Positions 9,627 to 16,086 of a DNA stretch of 32,000 nt are shown piece by piece; position 1 is the first letter of the stretch, and each line of letters opens with the position of its first letter. Position numbers and translations under genes: made by a program. The notes under the pieces were generated by a model. It worked only from the letters and a program-made list of their open reading frames with translations, was not told the origin of the DNA and did no database searches. Origin of the DNA: Xanthomonas campestris pv. campestris str. ATCC 33913 (GTDB taxonomy: Bacteria; Pseudomonadota; Gammaproteobacteria; Xanthomonadales; Xanthomonadaceae); the NCBI RefSeq assembly GCF_000007145.1, contig NC_003902.1, forward strand, positions 2,426,497 through 2,458,496, given 5' to 3'.

Positions 9627-9711
9627 TTCGCTGGTGTCGTCCTTGTGGACCACACCCCGCCCCCCGGTTCCCCTCCGGGGCCCGGGTCAAGGGGTAGGGG
9701 ATAGGGGCTTC

Positions 9712-9879
9712 ATGGACACACACGCACTCGCACTGCTCAGCGCCTCCGCGCTGACCGTTGGCTTCGGGCTAGTCCGCCTCGCCGGCTGGGTGCGTGATCG
9801 CAAGCATGCCGCGATGGTCGCGCAAATTGAGCAAGCCGCGCTGGTCGCAATCGCATATCGCGAGGTGCGACGTGGCTGA
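9712..9879 (+). CDS. Small hydrophobic phage protein (55 aa), coupled to Rep
   Basis: The ATG at 9712 follows a G-rich RBS region. There is a TM-like segment ([22 protein letters not shown]). The stop TGA at 9877-9879 overlaps a candidate Rep GTG start at 9872 (GTGGCTGA). Confidence 0.45.
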
Positions 9880-10912
9880 CGGCACCTGCTCGTTCTGCGG
9901 TGAACCCACCGTCTACTTTTTCCCCGGTGGCCTCTGCGTTTCTTGTACGTCGAAGAACGCACGCATCCGCATGCAGGAACAGCCCACGCAATCGCGTGAG
10001 CTATCCGCGTTTGATGCATCTGTGGGCGTCATGCAGGCCGCTACGCGCCGCACTGAAATTGCCGCAGAGAAGATCCAAAAGAACAAGCGTGTGGTCGGCA
10101 CAAGCGTGCGTGAGTTCGACGCTGCCCATCCCATCGCATTGACCCCAGAGGGCCAGCGCGCAGCGCTGGCCCTTGGGCTTGTCCATTACAAAACAAGTGA
10201 CACGCGGGCCTCTACAACCGGCACCGTGACCATCGAAATTGACCCGCTACAAGCGCGGGCGCAACGGCTGCGCAAGTCCGTGATTACCGGAGCACGTCTG
10301 CATGACCAGGAAGCGAAAAAAGGCTCCTTCCGTGGTGCGTGGTATTTCCTCACGCTCACCTACCGTGATGGAAGCGACAGCAGCCCTCGTGACGTTAGCG
10401 AACTATTTAAACGCATGCGCGGCCACTTCAATCGCCTTAAATCTGGGCGCGCACGGTGGAACCGTGAAAGCTTTCGTTACGTATGGGTCGGAGAGCTCAC
10501 CCAACGATTCCGACCGCACTACCACGTGATGTTGTGGGTGCCTCAGGGCATGTTTTTTGGCAAGGTCGATCAACGCGGATGGTGGCCCCATGGCAGCAGC
10601 CAAATCGAGAAGGCCCGCAACTGCGTCGGCTATCTCGCCAAATACGCAAGCAAGTTCACCGCCATTACAGCTGCTGCTTTTCCCAAGGGATTTCGCACAC
10701 ACGGCTGCGGTGGACTCAACACCGAATCCAAGCGCGAATTGCGCTGGTGGAAAGCACCCAAAGACGCGCGTGAAGCTCTCGGCGGGGAAGCGGATATCCG
10801 CAAAGCAAAGGGCGGATGGTTCGACAGGCTTACCGGAGAGTTCTGGCCGTCTCCGTGGAAAGTCACATTCATTTTCGGCCGGACATTCGCCTGGAAGGTA
10901 GTCCAACTATGA
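9794..10912 (+). CDS. Rolling-circle replication initiator (gene II / phage CRI-type Rep)
   Basis: It has a HUH-type motif ([11 protein letters not shown]) and a catalytic Tyr motif ([10 protein letters not shown]). There is an N-terminal four-Cys zinc ribbon (CSFCG...CVSC). The true start may be the GTG at 9872, coupled to the upstream ORF, rather than the ATG at 9794. Confidence 0.8.
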
Positions 10913-11205
10913 AAGTGCAGATCATGAGTTCCGCTGTCGCTGTTCGTTCGTTCCCCGCGCGCGAGGGTAAGCCCGCGACGCATTTCCGTGAGCAGACCGC
11001 CGCTGTGCTGCGTGAGGGCGATTTCCCACTGCCGTTCACCATCGGTCTGGACGAGGATCAACCGCCGTATGGCGAGGGCTTCTACATCATCGATCCCAAG
11101 TCGTTGCAGAACAATAAATTCGGCGGTCTCGAGTTCGGCCGTCGCATTCGTCTGATTCCGGACCTCACTGCGAAGCTGCAACAGCAGCCCGCAAAGGTCG
11201 GGTGA
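10909..11205 (+). CDS. ssDNA-binding protein (gene V-like, 98 aa)
   Basis: The ATG at 10909 overlaps the Rep stop (ATGA). The position directly after Rep and the size match inovirus gV. Confidence 0.6.
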
Positions 11206-11208
11206 TTC

Positions 11209-11460
11209 ATGGCGATGTGCGTAGCCCTGCAAGTGGATGGCACGTTGGTGCCCACCGGCCAATCGGTCGGCGAGTGCAGCGGCTACGTGCTCGTCAGTGG
11301 TAGCGAATACAGCGTGTATGCGCTGGTGCAAGAAGCGTTCGCAATGCCCAGCCAGGAGGACGCCGTAGCGTGGTCCACCGGCTGCTGTGGCCTGGTGATC
11401 GTGTGGTTCGTCCTGGGGCGCCTTGCCGGCAGCGTCGCGGGCATGTTCAACGACCGGTAA
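11209..11460 (+). CDS. Hypothetical small phage protein with a C-terminal TM (83 aa)
   Basis: The ORF starts 3 nt after the gV-like stop. It has a hydrophobic C-terminus (CCGLVIVWFVLGRLAGSVAG). It sits where minor coat or morphogenesis genes are expected. Confidence 0.45.
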   Translation: MAMCVALQVDGTLVPTGQSVGECSGYVLVSGSEYSVYALVQEAFAMPSQEDAVAWSTGCCGLVIVWFVLGRLAGSVAGMFNDR

Positions 11461-11487
11461 ATCAATCAATCAAATAGGAGAGACAAC

Positions 11488-11616
11488 ATGGGTGACATTC
11501 TGACTGGCGTGAGCGGTGCTGAAGCTGCTACCGCGATGATCGCAGCGGCCGCAATCATTGCCTTGGTGGGCTTCACCAAGTGGGGTGCCAAGAAGGTTGC
11601 AAGCTTCTTCGGCTAA
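11488..11616 (+). CDS. Major coat protein (gene VIII-like, 42 aa). It falls below the ORF-track size cutoff.
   Basis: A strong RBS (AGGAGAGACAAC) precedes the ATG. The translation is MGDILTGVSGAEAATAMIAAAAIIALVGFTKWGAKKVASFFG. It has an acidic/neutral N-terminus, a hydrophobic core and a basic C-terminus, which is the classic inovirus coat layout. Confidence 0.8.
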   Translation: MGDILTGVSGAEAATAMIAAAAIIALVGFTKWGAKKVASFFG

Positions 11617-11674
11617 TGGTGGTGAGGGCAGGGCGGCGCTTCGGTGTCGCCCTCTCTCTTTCTGGGGTGGGGCG

Positions 11675-11749
11675 ATGATTATTTTGTTGTTCTGTGGATT
11701 CATGGGCGCGCTGTGCGGTTGGGCAGGCGTCAAGGGGTTGGACGCGTGA
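11675..11749 (+). CDS. Possible 24-aa hydrophobic minor coat protein (gVII/gIX-like)
   Basis: The ATG at 11675 follows GGGGTGGGG. The translation is [24 protein letters not shown]. The stop TGA overlaps the GTG start of the next gene (GTGA, 11746-11749). Confidence 0.35.
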   Translation: MIILLFCGFMGALCGWAGVKGLDA

Positions 11750-12804
11750 TTCGCGTTTCGTTGGCAATGCTGATTCTTTTAGCGCTCACGTTCTCTCCTA
11801 TCGTGCATGCTACGTGCGTGCAGACTGAGCCATCAACGTCTGCAAATAACGGTTCGTGGGCCTGTAGCGATCAGGGAGAGGCATTCGCGAAGGCGTCTTC
11901 CATGGGTGTGCCTGCTGATCTTTCGGTGTGTCGTATGAAATCCATCCGTGCGGTGTCTTCTGGTCCTGGCGTTTTCTCGCAGCGCATGACCTATCCCGGC
12001 GACACATGCGGGATCGGGTATGACCTCGATATTGGCACCGGCAATGCCACGTATCCGGACACTGCTACCTGTGCAAAGCGACCGTCCCAAAGCGGCTGGA
12101 CTAATCCGACAGCACCCACGCCATCTGACGTTTGCAACGATGGCTGCTACTACACGTATGCCGTCGATGCTGGTGGCCCCAAGGGCTACACCTATGTGCC
12201 TAGTGGCGCCACGTGCACTACGGATGATGCAGCGCCTCCTATCGATGACGGTGGTGATGGCGATGATGATGGTGGTGGAGACGGTGGCGGCGATGGTGGT
12301 GGAGACGGTGGCGGCGATGGCGGTGGAGACGGCGGTGGAGACGGCGGTGGAGACGGCGGTGGAGATGGTGGTGGAGACGGCGGTGGAGATGGTGACGGCG
12401 GTGGTGATGGCGATGGCGATGGTGACGGTGATGGCGACGGCGACGGTGATGGCGATGGTGATGGTGATGGCGGAACGCTTCCCGGCGACGGTGATGGCGA
12501 GGAAGGCGGCGAGGGCGCACCCATGTCTGAGCTCTACAAGAAAAGTGGCAAGACTGTTGAGTCTGTGCTGAGCAAATTCAATACGCAGGTGCGCGGCACG
12601 CCCATGGTGGCCGGTATCGGCGATTTCATGAAAGTACCCTCCGGCGGATCGTGTCCTGTGTTCTCGCTGGGTGCGTCGAAGTGGTGGGACGCCATGACGA
12701 TCAATTTTCACTGTGGCGGCGATTTCCTGGCGTTTTTGCGCGCGGCTGGCTGGGTGATTCTCGCCATTGCTGCGTACGCCGCAATTCGCATTGCTGTGAC
12801 CTGA
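11746..12804 (+). CDS. Adsorption/minor coat protein (gene III-like) with an acidic Gly/Asp repeat linker
   Basis: The GTG at 11746 gives the signal peptide (M)[21 protein letters not shown]|TC. There is a Cys-rich N-domain, then (GGGD)x10 and (GD)n linkers, and a C-terminal membrane anchor ([18 protein letters not shown]). The ORF track shows the frame open from 11644. Confidence 0.75.
   Translation: MIRVSLAMLILLALTFSPIVHATCVQTEPSTSANNGSWACSDQGEAFAKASSMGVPADLSVCRMKSIRAVSSGPGVFSQRMTYPGDTCGIGYDLDIGTGNATYPDTATCAKRPSQSGWTNPTAPTPSDVCNDGCYYTYAVDAGGPKGYTYVPSGATCTTDDAAPPIDDGGDGDDDGGGDGGGDGGGDGGGDGGGDGGGDGGGDGGGDGGGDGGGDGDGGGDGDGDGDGDGDGDGDGDGDGDGGTLPGDGDGEEGGEGAPMSELYKKSGKTVESVLSKFNTQVRGTPMVAGIGDFMKVPSGGSCPVFSLGASKWWDAMTINFHCGGDFLAFLRAAGWVILAIAAYAAIRIAVT
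12244..12474 (+). repeat. In-frame tandem 12-nt (GGxGGxGGxGAy) and 6-nt (GGyGAy) repeats inside the gIII-like gene
   Basis: I read this directly. It encodes [12 protein letters not shown](GGGD)n...(GD)n. Confidence 0.9.
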
Positions 12805-12814
12805 GGGCGACGCT

Positions 12815-13135
12815 ATGCAAGCAGGTTGGTTCAACGATTTGACCGCGTGGCTGTGGCGTGCGGTCAAGATGGTGTGGCAGGCGATTGTCGATTTTGTGGG
12901 CGACTTGTTTGTGATGTGGCTGGAACAGTCGCTGTCGGCAATTCTCTATGTGCTGACGTTGCTGCCCATGCCCGACTTCATGAAGGGGCAGAGCATTGGC
13001 GGCATGCTCGGTAATGCGGGTAGCACCATCTTGTGGTTTGCCGATGTATTCATGATTGGTCCGGCGCTGGTGATGATCGGCGCGGCCATGATTTTTTTTC
13101 TCCTTCGCCGCGTGCTGACGCTCGGGATTTGGTGA
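12815..13135 (+). CDS. Minor coat protein (gene VI-like, 106 aa, multi-TM)
   Basis: It lies between the gIII-like and Zot-like genes. It is hydrophobic, and its stop is 1 nt before the zot ATG. Confidence 0.6.
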   Translation: MQAGWFNDLTAWLWRAVKMVWQAIVDFVGDLFVMWLEQSLSAILYVLTLLPMPDFMKGQSIGGMLGNAGSTILWFADVFMIGPALVMIGAAMIFFLLRRVLTLGIW

Positions 13136-13136
13136 C

Positions 13137-14459
13137 ATGCTCGTATTCAATGAAGGTGTGCCGCGTGCCGGCAAGAGTTACGACGCGGTAAAGAATCACA
13201 TTCTTCCGGCGCTCAAAAAGGGGCGTCGTGTGTTTGCGCGATTGAATGGGTTGCGCTTTGACCGCATCGCCAAGCACCTGGGCATGGCGGAGAATGATGT
13301 TCAGCACTTGCTTGTGCTGGTGGACACCAAGGACGTGTCGAAGTTGTTTGCGTGCACGCAGGACGAGTCGGGCAAGTGGTGTATCCCGGACGAGTTCAAA
13401 GACGCATTGGTTGTGATCGATGAGGTGCATGAGTTCTACGTCAACGAGCGCAAGCCGCTCGCGCCGGCCGTCGAGAATTTTTGGGCGCTGCTTGGCCAGA
13501 ACGGCGGCGATGCCGTGATCATGACGCAATGGATCAACCGCTTGCACTCGGCGGTCAAGGCGCGCATCGAGAAGAAAAACACGTTCCAGAAGCTCACCGC
13601 TATCGGCATGAAGGGCCGCTATCGCGTGACGTATTTCCACACGACCTCACCGGGCAAGTTTGAGAAGGTCGGCGGTCAAACGCTCAAGTACGACCCGGCC
13701 ATTTTTCCGCTCTATGACGGCTATGCGCCTGGTGCCGAGAACACCGAGGTTTACGAGGAGGGCGGTAAAAACGTCTGGGCCGCGATGGCTGTGCGCGCTG
13801 CCATCTTCCTCACACTCGGCGGGGTCGGCATCTACTTCTTCATGCACTATTTCACCAAGGATCGCGCCGATCCCAACAAGCCTATGGCATCTGCCAGCCA
13901 GACCACCAAACCCACGCACGTTGGCGCGGGGTTTGCTAACGGTGCGCCGAGTGTGCCGATTCAGCCGCCTCCGCCTGATCCGCTCGCAGACCTCACGCAA
14001 GAGCAGCGCTATGTGGCTCAGCTTGCCGACAAGGGCCGCATTCGGCTCTCCGCGCGGGCGCGCGTAGGTGATCAGGACCGTGCGTGGATTCAGTGGATTG
14101 ACGCGAGCAACAACGTCGTGGAGGAGTTGGATCTGTCGCAGTTGCGCGCCCTGGGTTACAGCGTCAGCGTCGTCACGTATGGCGTGCGTCTTTCGGCCGG
14201 CAAGCACATCATGGTGGCCACCGCGTGGCCCTGGACCGCGCCCATTCGTGAGAAGGACGCACGGCTTTACAACATGGCCCCAGACGGGAGCGGCGGCGCT
14301 GCTGGCGTTGCGACCGCAGGGAGTGACGGCGGCGGCGCTGACCGCGACCAGGTGCGCGGCGGCGTGATCGAGTACGGACCGCGCACCCAAGGCACGTTCC
14401 CGGACAACAAGGGTTACAGTTCAAGCACCAGCACGCCGGCCACCACGTTGCAGATGTAG
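13137..14459 (+). CDS. zot: Zot / gene I-like phage assembly ATPase (440 aa)
   Basis: An N-terminal Walker A motif (FNEGVPRAGKSY) and a Walker B-like motif (LVVIDEVHEF) are present. There is a central TM (AAMAVRAAIFLTLGGVGIYFFMHYF), then a ~190-aa C-terminal domain. Confidence 0.85.
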   Translation: MLVFNEGVPRAGKSYDAVKNHILPALKKGRRVFARLNGLRFDRIAKHLGMAENDVQHLLVLVDTKDVSKLFACTQDESGKWCIPDEFKDALVVIDEVHEFYVNERKPLAPAVENFWALLGQNGGDAVIMTQWINRLHSAVKARIEKKNTFQKLTAIGMKGRYRVTYFHTTSPGKFEKVGGQTLKYDPAIFPLYDGYAPGAENTEVYEEGGKNVWAAMAVRAAIFLTLGGVGIYFFMHYFTKDRADPNKPMASASQTTKPTHVGAGFANGAPSVPIQPPPPDPLADLTQEQRYVAQLADKGRIRLSARARVGDQDRAWIQWIDASNNVVEELDLSQLRALGYSVSVVTYGVRLSAGKHIMVATAWPWTAPIREKDARLYNMAPDGSGGAAGVATAGSDGGGADRDQVRGGVIEYGPRTQGTFPDNKGYSSSTSTPATTLQM

Positions 14460-14462
14460 TTT

Positions 14463-14476
14463 CGTGACGCGTCACG
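14463..14476. promoter_or_regulatory. Perfect 14-bp palindrome CGTGACGCGTCACG between the convergent zot and 102-aa genes
   Basis: I read this directly. It is mirrored at 16070-16083. It could be a bidirectional stop signal or a protein-binding site. Confidence 0.3.
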
Positions 14477-14478
14477 AT

Positions 14479-14787
14479 TTAGCACGGATCGTTTGGCAAT
14501 TCTTGCCATCCATTAGATAGCCGACGGAAGCGCTTGTGTTGAATGCATCGTTCGTTCGATTCCAGCGCTCGTAGTTGCAGCGTCGGCAGTTCTGCAGGTT
14601 GGGTGCGGGGCCTGTACAGCGGTTGCGGGGCGACTGGTAGCGCTGCACTGACGCTGCGCATGGTGAAGTAGCCCAGGCATAGCGCCACCACGCCGGCAAG
14701 CGCTGCGGTCATCAGCTGGCCTACGAAAATGCCTAAGGCGATTTCCCACCAAAGCCCATCATGGTTGTTCTGCGGTCTGTAGCTCAT
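14479..14787 (-). CDS. Phage membrane protein with a C-terminal two-Cys motif (102 aa), unknown function
   Basis: The ATG at 14787 follows a GGGGG RBS. There is a hydrophobic N-terminal segment (WWEIALGIFVGQLMTAALAGVVALCLGYF). The C-terminus is ERCIQHKRFRRLSNGWQELPNDPC. An identical copy is at 15759-16067 and a paralog is at 8368-8808. Confidence 0.65.
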   Translation of the reverse strand: MSYRPQNNHDGLWWEIALGIFVGQLMTAALAGVVALCLGYFTMRSVSAALPVAPQPLYRPRTQPAELPTLQLRALESNERCIQHKRFRRLSNGWQELPNDPC

Positions 14788-14824
14788 ACGGCCCCCTGTG
14801 ACGATGAGCGGGCATTGTAGGGGT

Positions 14825-14843
14825 GTAGGGGCATAGCCCCTAC
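14825..14843. promoter_or_regulatory. Hairpin GTAGGGGC-ATA-GCCCCTAC preceded by the direct repeat TGTAGGGG TGTAGGGG
   Basis: I read this directly. It lies between the DUF3653-like stop and the 102-aa gene start. It is mirrored at 15703-15721 with a different loop. Confidence 0.4.
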
Positions 14844-14853
14844 GGATAACGCC

Positions 14854-15180
14854 TCACACGCGGCCTTTGCGCCTCCGCGCCGGTGCTGATGATAATCCTG
14901 CGCATTTCGCCGCTGGACCCGTATCCACCCGTTGCAAACCCGCCTTTTTCTCCTGCCGTTTTCTGAACTGGTCACGGAGATAGATCACGCCGGCCGGCCG
15001 TTTGGGCGGTGTCTTGGCGCGGCCCTCGGCCATCATGGTTGACCACTCACGGGCTATCGTGCAGGTCAGCGATAGCCACTGTAGATCCGATGGTGCGATG
15101 GATCTGCCTTCGGGCGTGATGAGGTGGCCACCCTGGAACGAAAAACCGGCCCAAGGGCCGGTGAGTGTTTTATTTCGCAT
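14854..15180 (-). CDS. DUF3653-like phage protein, variant 1 (108 aa)
   Basis: The ATG at 15180 has GGAG upstream. The translation is MRNKTLTGPWAGFSFQGGHLITPEGRSIAPSDLQWLSLTCTIAREW... with a basic C-terminal tail. It is homologous to, but diverged from, ORF 15354-15692. The family name is from memory. Confidence 0.6.
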   Translation of the reverse strand: MRNKTLTGPWAGFSFQGGHLITPEGRSIAPSDLQWLSLTCTIAREWSTMMAEGRAKTPPKRPAGVIYLRDQFRKRQEKKAGLQRVDTGPAAKCAGLSSAPARRRKGRV

Positions 15181-15252
15181 CCGCCAAACTCCATGTGGCG
15201 GGCCATGGTCGCCGCCGCGGCGTGATCGCAGCAGCAAGCCATGCCAGTAGCC

Positions 15253-15280
15253 TCCTGACATAATATACATTATGCGAAAT
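15253..15280 (-). other. Complete dif-like XerCD site B. The minus strand reads ATTTCGCATAA-TGTATA-TTATGTCAGGA.
   Basis: The layout is 11-6-11, with the same central TGTATA and inner arm bases as E. coli dif (GGTGCGCATAA-TGTATA-TTATGTTAAAT). It sits at the junction of the two prophages. Confidence 0.75.
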
Positions 15281-15353
15281 GGACTGTATTGACGCTCCTG
15301 TGCCTCGTGGCGGTCTATCAATGGTTGTCCCTCCACAGGAAGCGGACCGGACA

Positions 15354-15692
15354 ATGCAGCTAGACACCTACGATCACGTAGACCTGACCGGCCCCTGGGC
15401 CGGTTTTGGTTTTCAGGGCTATCGATTCTTCACCCCGGAAGGCCGCGAAGTGCGGCCGGAAGAAATGCGGTGGTGGTCGCTGACATGCACCATCGCGCGC
15501 GAGTGGGCGCTGATGATGGCCGAAGAGCGGGAGCGTGTGTGGCATCCCCGCCCGGCCGAAGTCATCTACCTGCGGGACGTGATCCGGCGCAGGCGTGAAA
15601 GGCGGTTATCAGTGGTGGATGGCGCGGGGTCCGCCGACAGGGCGCGAGTGATCCGAGCAACGCGGGGGCCAAGAGATCCACGGCGCGGGTGA
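15354..15692 (+). CDS. DUF3653-like phage protein, variant 2 (112 aa)
   Basis: The ATG at 15354 has an AGGAAG RBS. The translation is MQLDTYDHVDLTGPWAGFGFQGYRFFTPEGREVRPEEMRWWSLTCTIAREW... The ORF-track start at 15279 lies inside site B and is less likely. Confidence 0.6.
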   Translation: MQLDTYDHVDLTGPWAGFGFQGYRFFTPEGREVRPEEMRWWSLTCTIAREWALMMAEERERVWHPRPAEVIYLRDVIRRRRERRLSVVDGAGSADRARVIRATRGPRDPRRG

Positions 15693-15758
15693 GGCGTTAT
15701 CCGTAGGGGCTCTGCCCCTACACCCCTACAATGCTCGCTCATCGTCACAGGGGGCCGT

Positions 15759-16067
15759 ATGAGCTACAGACCGCAGAACAACCATGATGGGCTTTGGTGG
15801 GAAATCGCCTTAGGCATTTTCGTAGGCCAGCTGATGACCGCAGCGCTTGCCGGCGTGGTGGCGCTATGCCTGGGCTACTTCACCATGCGCAGCGTCAGTG
15901 CAGCGCTACCAGTCGCCCCGCAACCGCTGTACAGGCCCCGCACCCAACCTGCAGAACTGCCGACGCTGCAACTACGAGCGCTGGAATCGAACGAACGATG
16001 CATTCAACACAAGCGCTTCCGTCGGCTATCTAATGGATGGCAAGAATTGCCAAACGATCCGTGCTAA
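15759..16067 (+). CDS. Phage membrane protein with a C-terminal two-Cys motif (copy 2)
   Basis: The translation is identical to 14479-14787. Confidence 0.65.
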   Translation: MSYRPQNNHDGLWWEIALGIFVGQLMTAALAGVVALCLGYFTMRSVSAALPVAPQPLYRPRTQPAELPTLQLRALESNERCIQHKRFRRLSNGWQELPNDPC

Positions 16068-16086
16068 ATCGTGACGCGTCACGAAA

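Larger units (their letters stand above)
9650..14857 (+). repeat. Left arm of the ~5.2 kb inverted repeat (apparently identical from ~10150 to 14810)
   Basis: The ORF-track translations of the two copies are identical for every ORF between these limits. Differences are seen only at 9650-10147 and at 14811 and 14834. Confidence 0.9.
9211..15269 (+). mobile_element. Inovirus prophage 1 (~6.06 kb, Cf1c/phiLf/XacF1-like), structural genes on the + strand
   Basis: The gene order is repressor(-), small TM ORF, RCR Rep, ssDNA-binding protein, small coat-like ORFs, 42-aa major coat, pIII-like, pVI-like, Zot/pI-like, then two minus-strand genes. It is bounded by XerCD-type sites A and B. Confidence 0.85.

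Noticed and set aside
12244-12474. Repeat array considered as a CRISPR or a non-coding VNTR
   Set aside because: The units are 6-12 nt with no spacers. They are in frame inside a coding sequence.
12192-12524. Pro/Ser-rich (SPSPSP...) and His/Arg-rich ORFs opposite the gIII repeat, and their mirror copies at 18022-18354
   Set aside because: They are alternative readings of the GGx/GAy tandem repeat. The gIII frame has a signal peptide, a Cys-rich domain and a membrane anchor, and the others have none of these.
10630-14390. Long antisense ORFs across the phage structural operon (10630-11469, 11833-12867, 13050-13640, 13647-14390) and their mirrors
   Set aside because: They overlap tightly packed, translationally coupled sense genes with clear phage features. 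They have no start context or recognisable motifs.
15172-15180. An extra ATTTCGCAT 9-mer (XerC-arm-like) ~90 bp from site B
   Set aside because: It overlaps the start codon region of DUF3653-like gene 1 (ATGCGAAAT). A 9-mer match is expected by chance about 0.2 times per window, and prophage 2 has no counterpart.
15279-15353. N-terminal extension of the ORF starting at the ATG within site B (and the 166-aa extension of ORF 14854-15354)
   Set aside because: The extensions cross the att site and lack RBSs. The internal ATGs at 15354 and 15180 have Shine-Dalgarno-like sequences and align the two homologs at their conserved LTGPWAGF motif.
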